Source: Catajapyx aquilonaris
Lineage: Eukaryota
Direction: 5' to 3'
Length of the DNA stretch: 49,851 bases
Assembly (NCBI GenBank): GCA_000934665.2
Contig: KZ538746.1
Coordinates: 1 to 49,851 of the forward strand
The position numbers were made by a program, and so were the translations under genes. Within the stretch, counting starts at the first letter, position 1; the number at the start of each line of letters is the position of its first letter. Under the pieces are notes generated by a model that was given only the letters and a program-made list of their open reading frames with translations, made no database searches and was not told the origin of the DNA. Shown piece after piece: positions 12,141 through 23,600 of this stretch.

Positions 12141-12290
12141 GGTGCGTTTACATGTGGGCGATTTGACGAGCAAAGTCTTCACCAAGGCTGAGTAACCCAA
12201 GTAACCAATATTGTTTGAGGTGAAAATCGATTGTTAATTTCAGCCTCAGTGAAGGCTTCGCTTGTCAAATTGCCCACATGTAAATTCACC
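12141..12290. mobile_element. Small foldback MITE (Harbinger-like)
   Basis: ggtgcgtttacatgtgggcgatttgacgagc...ggctga versus tcagcc...gcttgtcaaattgcccacatgtaaattcacc; TAA on the left. Confidence 0.65.
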
Positions 12291-12474
12291 TTCATTTTGA
12301 GGATTTGATGCATGGGTTTTGCCTATCAAATTGGTTAAATGCTGGTGGTTCTGTATTATGTACCACTTGTTACGAGAAGTCAGGAAGCGACATAGGCCCA
12401 ATTCCACGTATTATTGTCTTCATGGTCTTGAACTCTTAATGGTACCAATTTATAGAGAACACCAAAATGCAGTA

Positions 12475-12787
12475 CAGTAGAACCCTGTTTATCTGACCTT
12501 GGATTATCTGATTGTCCCGCTCCAGCAATAAATGTATGTTTTCTCATCAAGTACTGCAATGCAGGCCTACTAATCATTTGTTTTGTATTGCCTTAGTTAA
12601 ATTTGAAACAGCAGAGTGTGTACATCAAATATAAATACTTCACTATTTCTTAGAAAAGCGTAATATTGTACATTATTTCATGACTTTTTATGCTTTTTGT
12701 TGTGTTTTCCTTTGCTCCTCATCTGATTATCCGACCTTTTCTGTTGTCGGACAGTCCCATGGGTGACGGATAATCGGAGTTCTACTG
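12475..12787. mobile_element. Tigger/pogo-like MITE
   Basis: TA|cagtagaaccctgtttatc ... gataatcggagttctactg|TA; related copy at 41413-41641. Confidence 0.75.
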
Positions 12788-13683
12788 TAGTTGGTTCATG
12801 ATCAAAGAACCACATTATTGTAAGAAGTGTTCTCCATGGCTGTACAGCTCCAAACCAGTTAGTTCCTGTGTGTCATAGCTGTACGCATTAGCTGGTGCAG
12901 ATGTAGTTCTGTGTCATAGTGGTTTTTAAAATTTAATCAATTATTTAATCATGCATATAAATTTTAAGTGCAGAAAAACTTTGGTTTTGTTAATTTCTGG
13001 AAAACTAGAGAGTAAAAATTTATTAAAATATGTGGAGGAGAGCTGACACACTAAATTATTTCACATAATATGCATGTTGTTTAAATGTTAAAATCACTTG
13101 TGGATGATTAATACATTGACCTTCCTGCACAAGGAGATTAGATACTCTGCATGTGTAATCTGCACCATGTGACCATTGGTTCATTCACTGCACTTCTTAG
13201 TAACCATGTTACCAGGGTAGATATGAGGTGTTTTTACACCAGAGGGGCATAAGGGGCAGACACTTTTGAGACTGGGTCATGCTGCCGGCAACTCTGAAAA
13301 GCTGGGACGGCTTTCTTAAATCTAAAGTGTAAAGTACATCATGCGACTTACCCTCCAGTTGCATGTGAACATATTTTCTATTGCCTGGGTATCATGAATA
13401 TTGAATAAGCGGCAGGTGGCTAGGAGGGAAGGAACTGCAACCCCTCAGATGTCTGCTCTATGGATTCCATTCAATGGATAGTCCTGCAAAATCTTTGTTG
13501 CTTACTGAAGCATACTGATCCAACTCACACTTAAAAGACCTCCTGAGATGAATGGGGTTGTTTAGTTTTGTATAGTTTGGCAATGTCCTGTTGTATTGTG
13601 GATAGATGCAGACGAAAGTAAGATTCAGGATTGAGATGTAGAGTATGCCACACCCTCAATGAATTTGGTTCAGAACTGCGGGT

Positions 13684-13872
13684 TTAAAATAATGAGCACA
13701 CACTGTTGCTTGCGTCAAAAGCCGTAAGAACCTTACCTTGCAGACAGAGATTCATTTCATTTATCTTGGAAAAAAAATATCTGCTAAATAGGAGATTTTC
13801 AGAGCCATGCTTCATCAGTAAATAAATTTGCCAAATTAATGTTGTGATCCATTTAAAACTATCGCAATTCAT
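13684..13872 (-). mobile_element. Degenerate hAT (Charlie/Buster-like) transposase fragment
   Basis: FSKINEMNLCLQGKVLTAFDA resembles the hAT motif DIFxKLNELNLxLQGK. Confidence 0.6.
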
Positions 13873-14519
13873 TATGTAATTGCATCAAACATGCTAATTA
13901 TTTCCCTCAAGACAGCCACCTCACTTCTCTGTGAAGAAGCAAGGACTTAGGAAGAGTCCCGACACAATATTTGGAACAGCCTGGATATCAGATGCCGGGG
14001 CTTAAAGAAATTAATAATTTATACAGCCTTGTCCAGAACTTTTTAAAGAAAGGAAGGCATTTTTAAATGGCTAGGGCTTGTATGTGGAGGACACAATGGC
14101 TACTGTTGCACTCCTTCCTTTTTTTGTTATTCTGGTGATAGCTCCGGCAACCTGGCCAGTCATTGCCTTCTTGCTCTCTGTGCGGGCATCGACACACAAG
14201 TTCCATGGAATTTCATTTGTGATCAAAAATTCACCCACAAATTAAACATTTTGGCACCTGTTGTGTTCGATGGCAGGTGGACAAGTGGACAATTTTTTGA
14301 AAAAGTGTGTTGTTATTCTCAACGCTTTCACGGCACCCAAGTGGGTAGTCACTTCAGTGAGCTGGTGTACATCCTCACATTTTACCTTCATGGGGTTAAA
14401 TTGTATGGCATATTTTGTCACACAAACTGTTTGGCACTCTTGGCCAATTGGGAAATCTTTAAAAGGTCTCTCACATTCTAGGTCACTAATCACAATGCAC
14501 TGAGCTGCAGAAGATAAAG

Positions 14520-14673
14520 ATGAGCTGGTTTGATGCTACTGGATTTGCAAACTTAGCCAAAACTGCTCTGAAAGAGGCACAACGTACTATTGATAAGGCT
14601 TTGGATATTAAAGATGATGATGGTGGCTCCCATGCTGCTGCCGCTGCTGCTGCTGCATCATCAGCTAAAAAAT
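14520..14673 (+). CDS. TMF1: TMF1 coding exon 1
   Basis: MSWFDATGFANLAKTALKEAQRTIDKALDI...; donor gtaagt at 14674. Confidence 0.92.
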
Positions 14674-17600
14674 GTAAGTCAGTTGATCTTGTGACTAGCT
14701 GCATGAAAATAGGAGTAACTTTCAAATGGGTTTCTCTTACAGCACCATCTGTGGATGAGACAGATACTTTTTTTGCATCATGGGGTGTGACTAACCTGCC
14801 AAAAAACAAGGCTGGAGAAACTACAAGCAACCCTGAGGGCCCTCGTTTAGCAGACCATCAACCAGGCATTTCCACAAAACCGATGGTAACTGGCAGCCTG
14901 TGGGGATCCTTTACGGGATCTTTCTTTGAGAATCCTAAGTCTGCATCTGATGCCGGTAAGTATGACCTTATCCCCAAACATTTTAAAGGGAAAATAATGG
15001 AATGTTCCTGCAGAAGGCAGTTTTGAAGTGGAAGAAAGACCAGTGTCAACTCAACCAAAGAAGATTATTGCTGAATATGAGGAGACAGAGACACTGAGAG
15101 ATGAAATGCTTTGTGATGACTCGACAGATGTTGAAGGATTTGAAAGGAGCAAACTGGTGGTAGTGGGGTCACTTGGGGAAAATGAGGAAGTGGGGAGGGA
15201 CTTGAGGCTTGCTTTACGTGAGACAACAATTCCAGAAGTGAAGGGTGCAATAGAATCTCAAGCCTTGCCACAGGATGTGGACAGGGTGAGAACTAAGAAT
15301 TGGCTGCAAGTCTCATCAGCTGGCCATACGCCACTATCAGAAGCTGGAAGTGATCCCAAGTCAGCAAGCAGACGCAGTTCTCCTGAGTCAGTGGAAGTTA
15401 TTCCTGACAGTCTGACCTCTCCTAGCTCAGTTGAAGTTTTGGACACTCCAGGGCGTGAGTCAGTAGGTTCGCTCAACTCTCCGCCAGAAGAAGATGAGGT
15501 GACGCACACGCTGGTGCCTCGAGTTGCTGCCACCTTGAGGGCAGAGTTGCAGGCGACTCTCCAGAAGTATGGCAGCCAGGAAGAGGAGGGCGAGGCAGAA
15601 ACAACTGTTGATACTGATGCCTGCCATCCTCTGCAAACCAGCATTGAAGTCATCCCAGAAGATGAAAATAGCTTTGTGGATAGTCAGCATAGTTCCGTGT
15701 CTGCATCTAGTTTTAGGACTATGGTTCCTCTTGATTCCATTGGTGAGACAGATGGCAAATTCCTTGTGGCCACAACAAGTGATAGTGACTCTCTTGTAGT
15801 GGATCCAGAGCTGTGTGAAAGTAGTTCGGACACAGTGACACAATCTGATCGTGAAGGGCAGGTAAGATTTAATTCTGTTAATTCTATTAATTTTTTGGGG
15901 TTCAGTGTAACCACTTGTTTTACAGAATACCAGAAGAAAGTATCATTTGGCTGCAAATTTTTAAAAAGAAAGCTTTCCAAAAAATTCAACATGTCCTTCC
16001 ATTGGATTTTTTTTTTAATTTATTTATTTTTGTAATACCCCTTGCCACCCCTTATGGGGTATTCGGGGAGAGCCATTGCTCCTATACGCCATCGATTGAA
16101 GTCCGATAGAAACTTAGGCCATGTTAGAAGCGCCCAGGCCTACGGGCAGGGGCACTGGGAGGGAATGTGCAAGGTGCAGTGCATCGACTAGTAAGGTCAT
16201 TTTGTGAGCTCCCCTGGGTGGCTTCGGCTGTCGGAAATACCACCAGAAACGAAGCCAGAGACGACCCGAGAACTCTGCACGAGATGAAGGGCGTATCCCC
16301 GGGTTGGGTTCGAACCCGGGACCTTAACATCCGTGGGCACGTACGTTACCGCAGCGCCACTCCATCTCCCCTTCTTCCATTGGAATATATCTTGAGCTAC
16401 CATTGCACACAAACCCCATGTAAATCGAAATATATTTTGAACTATGATGCCAAATTTTGTGATAGTATGCCATGCATGCTTGCTGCCAAACAAATTCCTT
16501 AGTCTCATAAATGCTTCCTATATTCTCACCTGGCAAAATTTTTTGCAGGTGTGAAACAAGTGAAGGTCACTCAGTGCACGGTCCAGACTGTTTTGAGGTT
16601 GTCCAAAGATGCTCCACTTGAGTTACTGGTGAAGGACACATAATGGTGCAAATGCCATTTCAGATGCTGGAATAACACAGTATGAAATAGTTCAAGTGAG
16701 CCACCTTATAGTGTGCTGACCATGGTAGACTTTGACTGAGTAACCGTCACTTTATTTGCAGCCACAGAAAATTTTAGGTAGGCGAGATGTTAAAGAGTGG
16801 CCAGATGATAAAAGAATAGGCTGAGAGCTTAATAAAATCAACATAAGCTTACAAATTATGGTGCCAGAGTTTGAAAAATGTTGCAATCAACATGAGGTTT
16901 GTGTACAGTGGTAGCGAAAGTCATGTGCCATCTTGTGGCTATGTTTATTTTTGTGGAAAATTGTTTTAAACATTGAAATGGCCTAATGACATTTACCTTT
17001 GAAATGTGGTAATATATCATCAGCATACAAGTTAAATCCACTGTCCAATTTGGTGGTTATGAGTGCGTTAAACCACAAGATAGCATTTGAAGAGCACAGG
17101 GGAAAAAGGGGGAATGTCACACAAAAAAATGTCCATGAAAAATCGAAGAAATAGCTTTATTTCTTCACGTGTATAAAGAATAATAGGGATATCTTCACGT
17201 CATTATATGCAACTGTCACCCTTGTACCCATGGAAAGCCTCCAGGTATAAGTGTCACCTATGCTACTATTGTACTGTGCACTTATTGGCAGGAACCCCCA
17301 ACGGAATGTGACATTCCCCGTTTTTCCCCTGTGCTCTTCATTTTTTTTCATGCATTATAATTTGAATGCTATTTAGTCATAAAGATTCATCCTGAGCCAG
17401 CAAGCCAGGAACATTTTGTCTTCTCTAGCATGTAAACAAGTGCAAGGTCAAATCTTTGGATTATCTTGCCAGTGGTTTTTTTTTGGACTTACAAGGGAAG
17501 TGTCTGTAGGGGTATTGGCCAATCAGCCCGAAAATGACACTTCGGGTAAATCTCAGGCCAGAAATGCATTGGTGAAAATAAAAAGTGCCAATAGCCAAGC

Positions 17601-20600
17601 GTTTTCGAGATATGAGCGACGATAGATGCACTGCAAACCTGTGCGGTGGCAAGGGGCGCATTCGGGGTAAGAAGCCATGAACAGTCTTCGTGGCTCAGTC
17701 TGTAGAGCGTCCGCCTCATGTTCCAAAGTCTCCCCGTTCAAGTCCGTGGGAAGTGACTTTTTTTTCCTCCTCTCTCGTCTCGGGACATCGTTTTCTTTTT
17801 CTTATTTTTCCAACACCGTTTATCACCACATATCTTCCCCTTTTCAATGAACAGGAATAAAACAGCTTGCTGGGAAGTGCATTACTTTTTTTTCTTCTGC
17901 TGATGCTTACCTACTCTCTCCATGGATTCATATTCAGAAAAATGAATAGTGACAAGCTCAGTAAATAATAAATTATTTGTGTCCCTTCGTAATTATTTGT
18001 TTACCTCTACACGCGTTCATTTACGGTTGCGGTTTCATTGAGCAGTTATTGCTAGTTGACACCTATCGTCGCTCATATCTCAAAAACTCTTGGCTATTGG
18101 CACTTTTTATTTTCACCAATGATTTTCTGGCCTGCGCTTTACCTGAAGTGTCATTTTCGGGCCGATTGGCCAATACCCCTACAGACACTTCCCTTGTTAG
18201 TGGATTTCACTTGTATGCCAATGATACGTATATAAGTAAGTGAAGCATTTAGAGAAATTGCACAATGATATTTTAAAAGCTCTGCCACTGCCTTTTACCA
18301 ATGTTTGTGGGGGGGGGGGGGGGTNNNNNNNNNNNNNNNNNNNNNNNNGTCCAGAATGTAAATGATCAAAGTTCTGGGTTTCCATTGGGAAAATTGAAAA
18401 TACTCCCAAAATTATTTACTAGTCAAGTTTCCTTAATGGAATGGAGTAAAGGTTGTATGAATTGATCATGCACTCTTGTTTCTATCATTCCATTACAGAA
18501 GTTTACATAACATGATAGGTGGGTAGTGTAAGGTGATTGACAACTTGGATGCACACAGGTGTAGACTAGGCCAAGATATATCAAGCTGAAAAAAAGAGAA
18601 CATTACAAGGTGGCCCAACAGGAAAGCAACATTTCTTGCAGAAAAGATGTTTATTCAGCTGTTATGCAGTAACCATGCACAATTTTGCTACTTGTATTAG
18701 GGAGATTATGACTCTCAAATGCTATACATATCATAATAATTATATGCTCTGCATATAATAATAATTATATGCTATACATATCATAATAATAATAATAATA
18801 ATATGCTATACTACATAACGTGGAAAAATATGCAAGTAAAGAATGTTCCTTGTTGTATCACCCTGTGTAAACCACTAACTTTACATGTCACTAGATGTCT
18901 TGAGATTCCAAGTTCCATAATTGCAAGGTTATTTCTATATTCTGGAATTAATTTCCAGAATGTTGGCTACAAAAGTAACTTTCTCACAGTTTCATCCCTT
19001 TATAGCTCCTTTAAGCTTAGATGGTATGAGGGTCAGTTGGAAAATAAGTTTTGTAATGCTACAGTTTCAACATGCAATTGACAGGGTAAAAACAATGATG
19101 AGAAGGACATAGATTCTTCCAGTATTTTATAGGACATATAGTCACCATCATGCAGCTTATGTGCAGGTGCAGTGGCCATCAGACCGAGTGCCGAACAGAG
19201 CGTGCCTGCCCACATTCTGCCAGGAGAAGTTTTGGCAGGCAGATGTGTGTTGGTCACATGTACTAGGCAGAAATTAGGGCAGTTGTTGGCTACAAATGGG
19301 CACTTGTGGTACTGACATTCATCACTGGCTGGTGGAGGTGTATGGTCCTGACATCATGACTGAGCAAAATGGTGTGCCGATGGTGCCAGCAGTTCTTTGA
19401 TGGGCATGCGAGTGTGACGGACAACCAGAAACCCAGAAGTCCGGCCAAGGCCACTACCGACAGTGGATAATGTCATCGACTCGGGGGAGGCACGGTGGCC
19501 GAGATGGTAACGTCTCGGCTTGGTATGGGAAAGGTCCCGGGTTCAAATCTCCACCTGGAAACAAACCTTTCGCTTGCGTCAATGGGTCGTGACCCACACC
19601 TAAGGAGGCGTCTTGGCAACCTGACCTCCTGGGGGACTGCATGTGGCCCACCGCTGGACAATGCACCTGGACATGTGTCCCCTCCCCAAACCCCCCAACC
19701 CTTACCCCATTTCCTAGTAATCCTTGCACCGGAGTTCGAAGATAAAAACCATTAAGAAAACTGTGTGGTGTTCTGTCACCCCCCTGTAACGACCAAGTGT
19801 TGTATCATGGAGTAAATAAAATAAAATAAAAATAAAATAATGTCATCGACTCGTGAGACTATGATCTTGTAGGTAGTGGCCTTGTCTAGTTGTCTGGGTT
19901 TCTGGTTGTCCGTCACATGACGTGCCCATCAAAGAATTGCTGGCACCATCAGCACACCATTTTGCTCAGTCATGATGTCCGGACTATACACCTCCACCAG
20001 CCAGTGATGAATGTCAGTGCCACATGTACCCATTCATAATGAACAACTGCCCTAATTTCTGCCTTAGTCCATGTGACCAACACACATCTGGCTACCATGA
20101 CTTCTGCTGGCAGAATGCAGGTGGACATGCTCTGCTTGGCACTGGGTCTCATCCAATGGTGCACGATGATGCCTACCTGTCCTATAAACTACTGGATGGA
20201 TTGCCCCTGCTCATGCTCCTCTTTACCCTGCCTGTTGCAAGGCGTTGAAACTGTAGCATCGTAAAACTTATTTTCTGACTGACCCTTGTAGTATTGACTC
20301 ACTGCCTAATCTTATTGCCGCACACAATCTCAAGCCAAATGCGAAAACTGCAGGTGCTAAGATGCTTGCAAGGATGCATAGTCGTCATGTCAAACATTTG
20401 AATTAAGCTGCCCTGGAATGTTATATTACTCAAGACAGGGCATCTCTGGACCTTTAAATGCATCTTAGTGCCTGATGTTATTGCATTTGGCTTGAGGTGG
20501 TGGGTGGCTGCCTGTGGCTGTCTTAGGAGATGAGTCGAGACCTCCCTCCTAAGACAAGCAGACAGTGGCTGAACCTGGTTGTCAAATGTTTTGGCTGAAA

Positions 20601-23600
20601 TTCAGTGCAGGCAGACATTGCCGTATTTGTTAAGTCCAGACCAGCTATTATCTGGCTTAATCCCAACATGCAGAGTGTCATCAAGATGAACCTAACAATA
20701 CCAGTTCAATTCTAGGCCAGCTCCTGTTTGGCTGATAGCAACATGTGTACAGCATTGCCAAGATTTAACTGATTTTCAATGACTGATTTTGTATCCACAG
20801 TTGTTGAGGAAGGTTGAATTATGTGTCTTCCTGACTCTGTACTTGTCGGTGGAGGCCTGAAATGTGTTAACTAGGCGTGGCCTTATGATTCAATGACACC
20901 TATCAGCCCCCTAACCAATGAGATGTGATGCCATATAAACCCAAGTGTCACTGACCCTAGCTCTGGGATTGGCTCTGCACTATGACTGAAGGTCTCAAAT
21001 AGTTCAAGCAGGGCATCTTTGAGAATCCTCCATACATAGACCAGGAGTGATTTTTCCATTTTTAACCTCCCACCAAGAGACGAAAGACTTGGCAGTGAGC
21101 ATCCTCATCTCAGGCACACCAAATATGTTCCCATGGTATGACAGATACCTTTCATGATAAAATGATTATGTGCAATAGTATATAAAGATGTATGCTGTCC
21201 TACGTCAACCAACAGATAACCAATTGAAGCAGATGTTCTTTTATCTCACTTAACGTGGCCAAGTGGCATGGCAATATACCGTATTACCTCACTTAAAGCA
21301 GCATGCCGGTGTAAAATGAGGTTGACCAGCATGCCGGTATAACCCGGGATGGCCAGCATGCCACAATAACCGAAGTAGATTACCATAATTTTGATCCTTG
21401 TCAAATATTTTAGAATGCGTTTTGTAGGTGGTACTAAAATAACGTTATGGTGAAAAATGGACAAGTACAGGGTTGTGAGAATATGCAAGCTCGTCAGTTG
21501 CACAGTGAATAGAGTGTGACCAATCCCATATTCAGCCTGCTCGGAGAGGGGAACCCCCCTACTTCATCACAAAGAATCAAGGCAAACTCCTTGTCCTTCA
21601 TTTTGCCCTGGTTGCCGTTTTCAATGGTTCAATACTTCAGGCACTCCGGTATAGGCAGTTAATATTAATTAATTAATTAATTGGGTATTCGGCTAGCCCC
21701 AGAGGGGCCTTCTGCCAGACCTTTATTTTGATGGAATACAATTTATGGGAATCCTATTTTTGAAGCGCCCGGGCCCACGGGCAGGATGACAGGAGGGGAT
21801 GTGCAAAGTGCAGTGAATCTGACGCTGTGGCCATTTTTAGTGAACTCCCCCGGGTGGTTTAGTCTGTAGGATATACCACCTGAGACGAAGCCAGAGGTGA
21901 CCCTGAACTCTGCACGAGATGAAGGGGGTGTCCCCGGGCTGGGATCGAACCCGGGACCTTAACATCCGTGGGCGCGCACGTTACCGCGGCGCCACTCCGT
22001 CTCCCCTGTACAGGCAGTTAATACGAATTATATCATAATTATATTGCTAATACTAATAAATTGTTAATTAAGTGAAATCCTCGCCGCATACCGGCATACC
22101 TTACTTACACCAGCATGCCGGTATCGCCACCAGATCATGCATTTCTAAAAACTGGTCGACCTTGACTATACCGGCATGCTGCTTTAAGTGAGGTCATGCG
22201 GTATAAGTTGACTCATCCTCCACTTCCTCCACTTTGAATTTCGTAGTTAAGTTAAATCTGCTCATATAGCCTCCCTACATTTGATACTACATTTTGATAC
22301 TACATGTCTAATTATAAATAAGTGAAAAATGTATGGAGCCTATCACTGAGGTCAAATTAAATCGATTAATTGATTGATGCTGTCATGATTCAATGTAATT
22401 AATTTGGGGAACACTTTAATTATAATAATAATAATGGATACCCCGTGATAGGCCCCTTGGGCCTCTTAGGGGATCATCTTTTGAAAAACCGACTTTAACC
22501 CCTTCGGCCCCAGATCGGCCCGAACCACACAGTTTTTGGCTTACGCGTACTCCGAAGATACGGACAAGATATTTTGCAAATAATAACAGCTATACTTACG
22601 AGATATGGGAAAACCCTATGAATGTGTCTGGAACCATTTTACTCGTCTAGAAGTCCCTAAATTCATTTCCAAAAAAGGGCTATAATAACTCGAAATTGGA
22701 CTACTGCCGCCCAACTTTTAGGCTGATTTAATTATGAAATGCGTGAAAATATGCGTAATAACAACCTTGAGAACCATACCAGAGGAATTTGCTGAAATCG
22801 TCGTGCTTTGCAAGAAATAAATGAATACTTATTTGCGGCTTTCTGGCACTTCGGAAAACTCCCAAATTTATTTGTTTCTCATGAAGTACGACGATTTCAG
22901 AAAATTCATCTCATACCCATTTAGGAGTTTTCCTAAGTGCTAGAAAGCCGCAAATAAATATTAATTAATTTCTCGCAAAGTACGACGATTTCAGAAAATT
23001 CGTCTGGCATGGTTCTCAAGGTTGTTATTCCACATATTTTCACGCATTTCAGCCTAAAAGTTGGGCGGCAGTAGTCCAATTTTGAGTTATTATAGCCCTT
23101 TTTTGGAAATGAATTTAGGGACTTCTAGACGAGTAAAATGGTTCCAGACACATTCATAGGGTTTTCCCATATCTCGTAAGTATAGCTGTTATTATTTGCA
23201 AAATATCTTGTCCGTATCTTCGGAGTACGCGTAAGCCAAAAACTGTGTGGTTCGGACCGATCTGGGGCCGAAGGGGTTAATCATTTGCCTGAAATGTGAT
23301 GGATTTTGATAGTCGGAGGAAACGGGAGAACCCCGAGAAAACCCACGCGAACACGGAGAGAACCCATCGAAACTCTATCCACATAAGTATCCTCCGTCCG
23401 ACCCGGGGATCGAACTCGGGACCTTAGAGGTGGAAGGCTGCGGCGCTAACCTCTCGGCCACGGTGTCGCCATTTGGGGAACACTTTCTTGATCACTTTTT
23501 ACAGCCAAACAGTTCTTGTTTTCTTCATTGAATAATACTCAGAAAAAGAGTTGATTATTGTTGATTTGTGTTATGCTTATAGATAAGTCCACAGTCATCC

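Noticed and set aside
16549..16643. Possible extra TMF1 exon after ttttgcag
   Set aside because: In the required phase 0 it reads GTG TGA; exon 3 joins exon 4 in frame without it
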